Virus record (IMG/VR): IMGVR_UViG_3300014208_000023 | Coordinates: 288,001 to 352,000 of that record | Length of the DNA stretch: 64,000 nt | From: a virus | Lineage: Duplodnaviria > Caudoviricetes | Reading direction: 5' to 3' (one strand) | Shown here: positions 19,414 through 28,529 of the stretch, piece by piece | Layout: each line of letters begins with the position of its first letter | How positions within the stretch are numbered: the stretch's first letter is position 1 | Notes under the pieces: generated by a model | Seen by the model: the letters and a program-made list of their open reading frames with translations, nothing else | What the model was told of the DNA's origin: nothing | The model's database searches: none | Program-made: the position numbers and the translations under genes

Positions 19414-20129
19414 ATTTTAATCCATTCTGGTGGTAAAAGGTCTTTTGTGTTATGTTGTAGTGCCGGCCCAAACCAGGTACTTGGTGCCAGAACTTTTTTA
19501 TTTTCGTTTTTATTTAGCCAAGCTCCCCACCAGCTAAAGCTACTGTTGCATATAATATTGCTTTCGCATGTTTTAGCCATCAAAGCTAAATCTATTGCCG
19601 GCCCATTTCCCTCAGAATATTCGTATTGATTTCCTACGAAATTTCTTTTGGCCCAGTCCATATCATCAGATAGAATCAAAAATTTCTTGCACCCACTCAT
19701 TTCCATTGCTTTTGAATAATAATCCATACTCATAAGTGGATGACAATTTTGAAAATTAAGGTAATCACCTCTTCTTATATGAAGAGAACACAATCCCTCT
19801 TCTCTTTCAAACTTATAAATTGGAGTTAATGCTTTAGCTATTTCTTCTTTATTATTTTCAAAGTATTTCCAGGATTGGAAATATCCTATTAAATCCACCG
19901 AATTAGACGCTGGGATTTCATCATAATGAAATGCTTTTTCCTGATAAGTTTTAGATACGGCTATATTTGATGAAAAACAATTATGCAAATTAAAGTTAGG
20001 TTCATATTGCCAAGGTGGAAACTGATAATCCGTATTGTTTTTAATAGCAGTAGATATAGTGGTAGCTATCTGGAATAAACAATTCCCTAACCTACCCATC
20101 TTTCCTAGCTGTGAAAACGTAACTGTCAT
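19410..20129 (-). CDS. Alpha-1,2-fucosyltransferase, GT11 family
   Basis: GRLGN, GYFQS, HIRRGDY, SDD, NSSFSWWGAWL. Confidence 0.93.
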   Translation of the reverse strand: MTVTFSQLGKMGRLGNCLFQIATTISTAIKNNTDYQFPPWQYEPNFNLHNCFSSNIAVSKTYQEKAFHYDEIPASNSVDLIGYFQSWKYFENNKEEIAKALTPIYKFEREEGLCSLHIRRGDYLNFQNCHPLMSMDYYSKAMEMSGCKKFLILSDDMDWAKRNFVGNQYEYSEGNGPAIDLALMAKTCESNIICNSSFSWWGAWLNKNENKKVLAPSTWFGPALQHNTKDLLPPEWIKI

Positions 20130-22459
20130 TGCCTTATTTCGTGGTGGTTTTTATCAAGTAGAAGTATTTTTGGCGCAAATGTTTTTGGAAGCCACTTCTT
20201 CTTATAAGACTCAATATTTGATTGAGGGTAGTGATAGCTTGGAGTCAAAATTACTGTTGGCTCGTTGTCTAGAAAATACCTATTTATTGCGGTCTCGTCG
20301 TGCCAAACTGGAATCACGTTGTTTGCCACATCTCTATCTATAACATCCTTACACCATTTAGCAAGCTCCATATACTTGTCTCTTCTACCTCCACTAAATC
20401 CTCCGCCAAAATAGTTCTTATATTTTTTTGGATACGAATCAGAAATGAATAAACGAGAGGCTGGATTTGTTTCAAATGGACCCTTACCATTAGTAAATCC
20501 ACAATGCTGAACGCCAACCAAATCGCCTATAATCTCTGGCCCAATATTATCTACGAATAAACAATCAACATCTACATAATATAGATAATCTTCATTATTC
20601 AGAATATGCTCATTGTTTGCGAAATGGGCAAATCGATCCATACTGGCAAATGGAAACGGTTTATGCTGAATTGGAATATGAATTATTCTACGATCCGATT
20701 TTGGAATATGAACTGTTTTTCGCTCAGCATCTAATGACGTTATGTCGCTAAAAACATAATATGTTACATCAAAATTTTCATTTAGAAAATGTTTGTCGGC
20801 AGAATCTATTATTCCTTGCAAAAATCTATCATATTTGCCCGTGGCTATAAGCATTAGTCCAACCGAAGTTTTTTTACTTGGCGGAGATACTGGAGAATAC
20901 CGAGGCATATTTCTAATGTGCCTATCAAGATCTTGTTGCATCTTAACATTTACTTTATGATCATTAATTGGGTTTTCCATATTATAGACATAAAGAATAT
21001 CTGAAATGTATTTTTGATGGTGTTTTGCCATTTCCATCATAGGAAACATTATGGCGAAATCCCATGTCATCTTGAAAAATTCACCGTTAATCGATAAATC
21101 TTCTTTTCTTATTATTTTGAATAGCCAAGCATAGAACGTTCTTAAGTGGGAGGCTGCCCAAGGCGTTTTTCTAAACGCTAGATTTTCTATAACTTCTGGT
21201 CGATAGGCGCCGGCAATACCTGAGCCGCCATTTGGGTGGTTTGTATATTGTCCGTAAGACATCCAAATATCACTTTCATTGTAGTGACGCTTAAGTCTAT
21301 TCAAAACCTCTCCATCGGGAAGCCAGTCATCACCATCAAGCGTTAGGACAATTTCATCATCAGCACAACTATGAATCATATTATATAGATTTGCCAACGC
21401 TCCTTGTCTGGAGTTATTCTTTATTACGGTGCATTTATGTTGGTGCGGTGAGTTTTTCACCGCAGCATTTACCAAATTGAATGTTTGATCTGGAGAGCAA
21501 TCATCTACAAATATGACTCTGAACTTATCATAATTTTGATTTAGTGCCGACAATATATTCTTTACGCACCATCTTTCATTATTGTAGCTTGGAATAACAA
21601 TAACGAACCTTTTTTCTTTAGAATCCAATGACCACGCTCGCGGAACATTAACTAGGGCCGTTTTCATTGGCAAACTAATTGATGTTGGATCATTAAGTGT
21701 TAGTGGCTTGCCAATAGTTAAGCCTGGCCTTCTTGAATTAATAAAGCGCTCACTATACTGAACATCTCCGCTTCTACGTGCGGCATCTGACTCCAGCTTA
21801 AGAATATGGTGCCTATCTCTGCGTATAAACCAAAGCCTTCTATTACCAAATTTTCTTCCGGTATCATTAACCGACCAGTCATATCTAAATTGGCCGTGAT
21901 TTAATTTAGTCTCATCAACCCTTTTGAATTTTGCATTCAATGATGAAAGCTTGTTTTGCAGATTTTTTTCTGAAACAATGCTTCCTTCTCCACTGAAGGA
22001 ATGATCGTCTATATCTTTAGATTCATAAATAGGAACTAATATATTTGGATTAGAAGAATCTAATATTTCAGTTTCTAGAACTATTCTTTCAGAAACTGAA
22101 AGCAACGATTCTATATGTTTTTCATATGTCTTAAGGTGACATAGAAGATCTATGCTAATGGCCATATCAAAAGAAAAAGGCTCGAATGGAAAATCTTTTT
22201 CCAAATCGAGCTGCATTGTTTTTATATATGGGAACTTTTTTCTAATAAGATTTAGGTTAGATTCTCTTGCATCTACGCAAGTCATCTCCGCCCCTAACCT
22301 TGCAAATATATTGGCAAATTCTCCGTTACCGGCACCCAAATCAAGGATCTTTTTTCCTTTGAAAAAGGTCTGTCCAAAATAATCAATTATAGTTTTGCTT
22401 AACTTGAAATTTCTCTCTTTTTGCTCGGCTGGAGTCATAACTCTAAATATAACTGCCAT
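20126..22459 (-). CDS. Multidomain methyltransferase + GT2 + GT6 fusion protein
   Basis: LDLGAGNG (aa ~1-215); IPSYN, DDCS, LDGDD (GT2); IATGKY, YYVDVD, GGFSGG, WHDETAIN (GT6, ~20126-20870). Confidence 0.88.
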   Translation of the reverse strand: MAVIFRVMTPAEQKERNFKLSKTIIDYFGQTFFKGKKILDLGAGNGEFANIFARLGAEMTCVDARESNLNLIRKKFPYIKTMQLDLEKDFPFEPFSFDMAISIDLLCHLKTYEKHIESLLSVSERIVLETEILDSSNPNILVPIYESKDIDDHSFSGEGSIVSEKNLQNKLSSLNAKFKRVDETKLNHGQFRYDWSVNDTGRKFGNRRLWFIRRDRHHILKLESDAARRSGDVQYSERFINSRRPGLTIGKPLTLNDPTSISLPMKTALVNVPRAWSLDSKEKRFVIVIPSYNNERWCVKNILSALNQNYDKFRVIFVDDCSPDQTFNLVNAAVKNSPHQHKCTVIKNNSRQGALANLYNMIHSCADDEIVLTLDGDDWLPDGEVLNRLKRHYNESDIWMSYGQYTNHPNGGSGIAGAYRPEVIENLAFRKTPWAASHLRTFYAWLFKIIRKEDLSINGEFFKMTWDFAIMFPMMEMAKHHQKYISDILYVYNMENPINDHKVNVKMQQDLDRHIRNMPRYSPVSPPSKKTSVGLMLIATGKYDRFLQGIIDSADKHFLNENFDVTYYVFSDITSLDAERKTVHIPKSDRRIIHIPIQHKPFPFASMDRFAHFANNEHILNNEDYLYYVDVDCLFVDNIGPEIIGDLVGVQHCGFTNGKGPFETNPASRLFISDSYPKKYKNYFGGGFSGGRRDKYMELAKWCKDVIDRDVANNVIPVWHDETAINRYFLDNEPTVILTPSYHYPQSNIESYKKKWLPKTFAPKILLLDKNHHEIRQ

Positions 22460-22504
22460 TATAAGAGTTTTGCAACATATTAATCATCTCGTATTTATAT
22501 ACAA

Positions 22505-25249
22505 ATGGCCACAAATTATCCTACCCATATTGACGACACCTCTAGCTTGCCAGTTGTGGCTGATAACGTACATAGAGTAGATTCTGATGTTATTAATCGA
22601 TTACGGGCCGCAATTATAGCCGTTGAATCTGAATTGGGCACAAAACCAAGTGGAATATATGGAACCGTAACTAATCGGCTTGATGGGTTTGAAACTCTAA
22701 TTAATTCGATCATTAGCGCCGGCGTTGCTAGCAGCTTTACTGCTGCCGGCGATTTAAGCGGGAACTCTACTAGCCAAGTAGTTATTGGCTTACGTGGAGT
22801 TTCAGTAAGCTCTACGGCACCAACAAATGGTCAAATATTATCATATGATGGATATTCTTGGAAAGCTAAGGGGCCACAAACTCCAGTTGTTACACAGGAA
22901 GCTTGGTTCATAGATCCAGTTAGCGGCAACGATTCCAATAGCGGACTTACTTCTGGAACGGCTCTAAAAACTCTTGCGGAAATGTATTCTCGCTGGGGTC
23001 CGGCTCCAAAGCTATTAGCATCTGTTTCTGGATTTATTACCGTAACACTAATGAGTGCTCCGGGCATAAATGACCCCATTATTTTGAGCGGAGATCTTGG
23101 TCCAGACACGAATTTAATGTATAAAGGAGCGGCATCTACCGTTAGATCTGGAACTTTTAGTGCGGTAACTGCACTTAATTCAGCAACAAATCAAGCGTGG
23201 GAAGTTGATGATAGCGCTAGAGATTGGACTACGGATCTAAATAAGCGCATTAAAAATACGACTGCCGGAGCAAATCTTGGACAAGTAGCCTGGGTAGCTA
23301 AAAGCATAGGTGGAACATCTGCCAGAATATCGCAGCCGGCATTTATTGATGCGGCCACAATACATGGATATACCGGGCCAACAGTTGGAGTATTCTCCAC
23401 TAGCGACACTTATATAGTAGAAGATATTACGGAGGCTTATTTAGCAAGCGTTATTCGCGTAGGCCGTTTCGAAGGCAATGAATTAGTTCACCCTGGTAGG
23501 GTATTTTTTCAGGATATTTATTTTAAAAATTCAGTTGGCGGAACACTAATTCAGCAGTGTGCTTCTTTAGTATTTTTGGGTTGTCGTTTTGATAACTCAT
23601 ATCTTGAGCATGCATTAGCTCCTGCATTTATGAATTGTAATTTGGGTAATGGTATTGGCATCTTTGAATCTGAAATGTCAACAATTACAGGAATGATTGC
23701 GGGAGATATGAATATAGCTTCTGGCAGTAAAGTATATATGCAAAATTGGCTGGTTCAGGGCGCGACCATTTATTTATTTGGTGGAGATGTAGTTCTTACT
23801 GGAACTTTAGGAATTTTTGATTCTGCCGCAGACGCGATCAACGTTGGATATGCTAGTTACGGCAAAGGGTCTCTTGATGCTGGGCTAGCTTTGTTTGGAA
23901 GTGGCAATGCTGGGCATGGAGTTAATATTGGCCCACTAGGATCATTAGCTTATGCTACAACCCCTACAATTACTGGAACTGCCGGCAACGTTGTTATTGA
24001 TGGAACATCGCTAACATGGAGAACGGCACCGCAAATTTTTAGTGGAACAAACAATTCTACGAGCACCTTTTCAGTAGGTCCAAACCCCGCTCTTACTGGC
24101 GATTGTTTGCGCCTTGGACCATCCATAGCTAATGCTGGCGTATATAACAATGTAATAACCACTCGCATCAATGGTGCAGATGCTACCGTCGTCAGAATTC
24201 ATGACGGCGCCTCTTACATCATGCTGGGAGATACCGGCTATTACATGACGCTACAAGGCTATAATAACGTGTTCGCTTCCAATGCGTTAGGCATTCACGA
24301 GTTCATAATTGGAGCTGCTGACGCAATGCAACTTAATGCTAACGGCGTTCAGATTGGGCCAGGCGCTTTTGATCTTGGCGGTGGAACTGGTGTAATCGGA
24401 ATTGATGACGCGGCCGTTGTTCCAACAACCAATCCAACAGGCGGAGTAGTTCTTTATTCTGAAACGGGGGCACTGAAATTCAGAAACCCAGCAGGCACAA
24501 TAACAACACTTGGTTCAGGCGGATCTCCAGGCGGTTCTGATACGTATATTCAATTTAATGATACTTCTACTTTTGGTGGCGATGCTGGACTTACCTATAA
24601 TAAAACCACAAACGTTCTTTCATTAACCGACGCTATTGCTATTGGAGCAATACCTGCATCTGCGGGCTCACTGCGATTAGCAACCAGTTCTATTATAAAC
24701 TATCGCAATGCATCCAATACTGGAGACGTTCAAGCACTCAACTGTGATGGTTCGTTTGTGTATGTCGGAGATGTTAGTCGCAATGATTCTGGATTATTGC
24801 TATATTCTGGTGGTAGTGTTGCCATTAATGCAACTGGTGACGTTGTGCTTGGGTATGGCACGCCAAGATTAACTGCCACTACTACCAATATTCTTTCTAC
24901 ATTTCCACTTATTGGTGATAGCGCCAACACTTCGCCATACGGTGTTCATGGAGGAGTAATTGTTACTCCAGCAATAGACGCTGCCGTAACACTAGTGGCA
25001 GCAGAATATAACTTCGATTGGATTCAAGTTGATACCGGCGCTTGGGCGACTGGCCCATTTGGGGTTATTTTTCCAACTCCAGCCACAAAAGCCGCGGGTT
25101 TTTATAAAACTGTTTTTAACAATTCGACGCAAACAATAACGGTGCAAAATGGCGGAGTAGCAACCAGAACTCTTACTACTGGACTTGGCCAGAGATTTTG
25201 GTTTGATGATGGCGGCGCGTTTTTTGCTGGGGCAACATTTACTCCATAA
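22505..25249 (+). CDS. Virion structural protein, tailspike/fibre-like
   Basis: 914 aa G/T/A/S-rich; WFIDPVSGNDSNSG motif typical before beta-helix domains; GGSDTYIQFN fibre-type segment. Confidence 0.6.
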   Translation: MATNYPTHIDDTSSLPVVADNVHRVDSDVINRLRAAIIAVESELGTKPSGIYGTVTNRLDGFETLINSIISAGVASSFTAAGDLSGNSTSQVVIGLRGVSVSSTAPTNGQILSYDGYSWKAKGPQTPVVTQEAWFIDPVSGNDSNSGLTSGTALKTLAEMYSRWGPAPKLLASVSGFITVTLMSAPGINDPIILSGDLGPDTNLMYKGAASTVRSGTFSAVTALNSATNQAWEVDDSARDWTTDLNKRIKNTTAGANLGQVAWVAKSIGGTSARISQPAFIDAATIHGYTGPTVGVFSTSDTYIVEDITEAYLASVIRVGRFEGNELVHPGRVFFQDIYFKNSVGGTLIQQCASLVFLGCRFDNSYLEHALAPAFMNCNLGNGIGIFESEMSTITGMIAGDMNIASGSKVYMQNWLVQGATIYLFGGDVVLTGTLGIFDSAADAINVGYASYGKGSLDAGLALFGSGNAGHGVNIGPLGSLAYATTPTITGTAGNVVIDGTSLTWRTAPQIFSGTNNSTSTFSVGPNPALTGDCLRLGPSIANAGVYNNVITTRINGADATVVRIHDGASYIMLGDTGYYMTLQGYNNVFASNALGIHEFIIGAADAMQLNANGVQIGPGAFDLGGGTGVIGIDDAAVVPTTNPTGGVVLYSETGALKFRNPAGTITTLGSGGSPGGSDTYIQFNDTSTFGGDAGLTYNKTTNVLSLTDAIAIGAIPASAGSLRLATSSIINYRNASNTGDVQALNCDGSFVYVGDVSRNDSGLLLYSGGSVAINATGDVVLGYGTPRLTATTTNILSTFPLIGDSANTSPYGVHGGVIVTPAIDAAVTLVAAEYNFDWIQVDTGAWATGPFGVIFPTPATKAAGFYKTVFNNSTQTITVQNGGVATRTLTTGLGQRFWFDDGGAFFAGATFTP

Positions 25250-25263
25250 TAAATATGGGTTAT

Positions 25264-25842
25264 TTACAATTGCTCGCCCTCTGAAATCTCCGCCACTAGA
25301 TCAAGTATTTTTGACTCCGATACTGGATAGTAGTTCCACCGATCAACTCCAACATTAATCATGCGGTTTCTAAATAGCCATTTTTCATGAATGTGACCGT
25401 GAAGTAGCCACTGCCCATCATTCTTTGGGCGGTAATCAGGATACCTTTGATCCTTATCACCTTCTTTTAGAAAAGGTAGATGACAAAGAAGAAACTTACG
25501 ATCGCCAATCGATAGCTCCATACGCTCTTGAACGGAAGCAAATCCATATTCAATATATTTTAGAATTGATTTTTTATGCTTTGAATGTTTCGAAAAACAA
25601 GAATCGTGGTTGCCTGAAACTAGATGTTTAATTCCGTTAAGTCTAGATAGGATTGGTTGAACAAACTTATCATTTAGTGAGAAATCTCCCAGATGATAAA
25701 CCACATCATCTATACCAACAACTTCATTGTATCTTTTTACAATTTCATAATTCATTTCTTCAACGTCTTTAAATGGACGATTAGAGTAACCAATAATCGC
25801 CTTATGGAAAAAATGCTGATCAGACGTGAAAAAAATTGTCAT
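25264..25842 (-). CDS. Calcineurin-like metallophosphoesterase
   Basis: SDQH, LGDFS, GNHD, HGHIH, NVGVD. Confidence 0.9.
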   Translation of the reverse strand: MTIFFTSDQHFFHKAIIGYSNRPFKDVEEMNYEIVKRYNEVVGIDDVVYHLGDFSLNDKFVQPILSRLNGIKHLVSGNHDSCFSKHSKHKKSILKYIEYGFASVQERMELSIGDRKFLLCHLPFLKEGDKDQRYPDYRPKNDGQWLLHGHIHEKWLFRNRMINVGVDRWNYYPVSESKILDLVAEISEGEQL

Positions 25843-26620
25843 CGTTTATAAATCTCTTCTACTCTATGGTGGAAGATCCTAGTAATCATCCATATGAATT
25901 TAGAATAGGACATTTTACCTTTAGCTCTATTACAAAGCAAACAACAAGGAATAACATTTTCTAAATCGTGCTTACCATCACTTGTTTTTCGATCTAAACC
26001 ATTATATATGAAATTACCATGAAGACTAGCAAACTCTGAGCATCCATATGTTTTGTTAAACACATTAGACATATTTGATGGGTTAGTTCCACAATAATGA
26101 CAAGGAAGTTGAGATAATTTTAAAAAATTATCGAATGATAAATTCCCATCACTATATGAGTCTCTATAGACCATTCTTGCCGTAGATAATCTCGGCTCTT
26201 CTGGAGCCGAATGTATTTTATTGTGCCCGCAAGATTTTATGCTTCTTCCGTCTATTCTAGATAAATCTCTATATCTAACTATTTTTCTAGGCCACAATCA
26301 CAAATACAAGGAAAAAACATTACATTTTTGTTGAAATAACCGGAACCAGTTATAGTAAGTTGGCCGAATTTTTCATTCAAAATGTTTGGTATATTTCTAC
26401 GGGAACATCCGCAAGATTTGCTTCGCCCGGAAGATAGGGATAGTCCTTTTATTATTTTTAGCTTACCGCAATCACATTTACAAGACCAATATGTATCTTT
26501 ACAATTTAGATTATCTGGCTTGCTTACTTTTTCAAGCACAATCCAAAATCCAAATTTCATTCCAACTCCTACAGAGGGTTTTTTATATTTCATTTCTATG
26601 TGGAATGTTTGCGTCTTCAA
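25839..26620 (-). pseudogene. HNH-type endonuclease split by a one-base frameshift
   Basis: Upstream ORF has CKCDCG/KSCGC repeats; downstream ORF continues KSCG, CHYCG, GLDR, CCLLCN; frames join by adding one A at the A5 run near 26282-26286. Confidence 0.7.
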
Positions 26621-26831
26621 TACGTTTCATTTTATGAAAATCTGGATTTGGTGAATGGCGCAAATAAGGATTGCAGTCTGGACAAATTAAATCGCTATAA
26701 TCTTCTCTAGTAACAACCCATCCTTTTGTAGCGCTATTTGGTTTATGCCAGCAGACGTATTTGCACACGCTACAAGTGGATTTCCACACTTCTTCGTTAG
26801 TTCTACTATAGACATCAACAACTACTTGCAT
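26583..26831 (-). CDS. Small Zn-finger-like hypothetical protein
   Basis: CSVC and CPDC pairs. Confidence 0.5.
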   Translation of the reverse strand: MQVVVDVYSRTNEEVWKSTCSVCKYVCWHKPNSATKGWVVTREDYSDLICPDCNPYLRHSPNPDFHKMKRIEDANIPHRNEI

Positions 26832-27283
26832 TTTAAGTCTAGCTCCACCAACTCTTTATTTAGAGCGGCCATTTTGTTTTTAACAATATTAATTCGTTTT
26901 TTAACAAAATCAGATAGGCTCTTTTTATATTCTTTATCTTTACCAAAATTAACTACTTCATTAAAAAATTTATATTCTTCTTGATTAAATTGAGAAGCAA
27001 AATCATTACATTTTTCTATGAATTTTTTTATTTCAAGAGAGTATTTGTCAGCATCTAAAATACAAGCCCGGTCTATTTCTTCAAATACATAGTCTTTATA
27101 TTTTGCGGCTATATTTTCGTTCCATTCATATTGGGCGTAATCATCTTCTTCCCAGTAAAGTTTAAGAGGAACTTCAAACGAAAGATCTATATTTACTTTA
27201 GTTTTAACTAATTTTCCTTTTTCAAGTTTTTTGAATTCTTTATTTAGAGAACGAAGAACTGTTGTCTTATTTAATTTCGGCAT
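26822..27283 (-). CDS. Hypothetical protein
   Basis: ORF; start MPKL chosen to minimise overlap with upstream gene. Confidence 0.55.
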   Translation of the reverse strand: MPKLNKTTVLRSLNKEFKKLEKGKLVKTKVNIDLSFEVPLKLYWEEDDYAQYEWNENIAAKYKDYVFEEIDRACILDADKYSLEIKKFIEKCNDFASQFNQEEYKFFNEVVNFGKDKEYKKSLSDFVKKRINIVKNKMAALNKELVELDLKCK

Positions 27284-27746
27284 TTTTAATCTCATAATCA
27301 TAAATATAAACATCAACATCATTTGCAAAAACTTCTTCAATCATTGGCTCTATGATTTCCCATTTACCACCAGCCAATCCGCAACCAATTCTAGGCATAT
27401 GAACCGAAGCTTCGTTTTCTTTTGCAATTTTACATACATCATATAGACATTTTCTGAGCGCCTCATATCTAATGGGTGGATCGTTTTTATCACCATAGCC
27501 CTGCTGAGCTATCATATTGGCTACAAGAATATCTCCCCTTACTTTTACATATCCAACATTTCCTTGAGCGAAATTAATTTTTGTTCTATACCAATTTCTA
27601 TATTCTATCTCTGGATCTTTCCATTTTTTGGAAAGAGCTAGAACAAATCCTTTTCCCCATCCACCCATATCATTATTTATATGAGCTATAATTTTGGCAC
27701 CATTAGTTTTTGGATCGGTAGCGTCACCTTTTAAATAAGTAATCAT
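27267..27746 (-). CDS. Macrodomain protein (TARG1/Poa1/DarG-like ADP-ribose processing)
   Basis: KGDAT, IAHINND.GGWGKGF, NMIAQ, HMPRIGCGLAGGKW. Confidence 0.9.
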   Translation of the reverse strand: MITYLKGDATDPKTNGAKIIAHINNDMGGWGKGFVLALSKKWKDPEIEYRNWYRTKINFAQGNVGYVKVRGDILVANMIAQQGYGDKNDPPIRYEALRKCLYDVCKIAKENEASVHMPRIGCGLAGGKWEIIEPMIEEVFANDVDVYIYDYEIKNAEIK

Positions 27747-27747
27747 A

Positions 27748-27930
27748 TTATTTTTTAATTATTCTACATATTTTATCGCATCGGACCCTTATGATGGCAT
27801 TATCAAATGCAGGACACATGAGCTCAATATATCCATAATATTTTCGGAAAAGATTACCAGTATAAAGGCCGCCTCCGCTACTAAACTGAACAATGTCGTC
27901 CGTCGTTAGATTGGCAATACAAGACTTCAT
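27748..27930 (-). CDS. Hypothetical protein
   Basis: 60-aa ORF filling the operon gap. Confidence 0.45.
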   Translation of the reverse strand: MKSCIANLTTDDIVQFSSGGGLYTGNLFRKYYGYIELMCPAFDNAIIRVRCDKICRIIKK

Positions 27931-27935
27931 TTCAT

Positions 27936-28529
27936 TTATTTTCTATCGAAAGCTAGCTTAAGGCGCTCTTTCAATTCGACCAAATTAGAGCCATCATATC
28001 TAAAGATATTGTCTTGATAAGCGGCCCCACCTACGGCAAACATTTCGTTCCATGGGTGAGCTATACAAACAACCAATCCTCTAGGCCTATGATTAAGCCA
28101 CTTTAGAAAATATGGAGAGAAGTCATCCACAAGCACGCGTCCGTATGAGAGTGACTTATCTTGAGTTATTGTTACTGGAACGTCTGGCAAATGTTCTTGG
28201 CACCACGAATATTTCTCATGCCATGCAGAGGGGCATTTTCTTGGCCCTTGAGTTAAGACATTTATAGAGAATCCAATTTCTTTAAGAAGACCTACTATGT
28301 GAAAACCTAGTGGTAGTGGTTCTAGATTTCTCCAAAATCCGGGCTGGTTTTGAATCAGCTTTCTGCGATGTTTAAGATAAGGTTGATCGGAACCAAAATT
28401 AGCCGCATACTTATCATACGGGTCTTCATGTGGCGAAGAAATCAACGCCATCTCTGCGGACATTGTTTTGTCGTAGTCAGCAACTGTCCCGTCTAAATCT
28501 AGAAGGGCAATTTTTGGATCTGAACTCAT
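27936..28529 (-). CDS. HAD-family 5'(3')-deoxyribonucleotidase-like protein
   Basis: LLDLDGTVAD, VLT, K, LVDD motifs. Confidence 0.8.
   Translation of the reverse strand: MSSDPKIALLDLDGTVADYDKTMSAEMALISSPHEDPYDKYAANFGSDQPYLKHRRKLIQNQPGFWRNLEPLPLGFHIVGLLKEIGFSINVLTQGPRKCPSAWHEKYSWCQEHLPDVPVTITQDKSLSYGRVLVDDFSPYFLKWLNHRPRGLVVCIAHPWNEMFAVGGAAYQDNIFRYDGSNLVELKERLKLAFDRK

Noticed and set aside
6814-22459. Bacterial chromosomal O-antigen or capsule locus
   Set aside because: No polytopic flippase, polymerase or exporter, and the surroundings are phage-like orphans and homing endonucleases; a cellular origin is not formally excluded without more contig.
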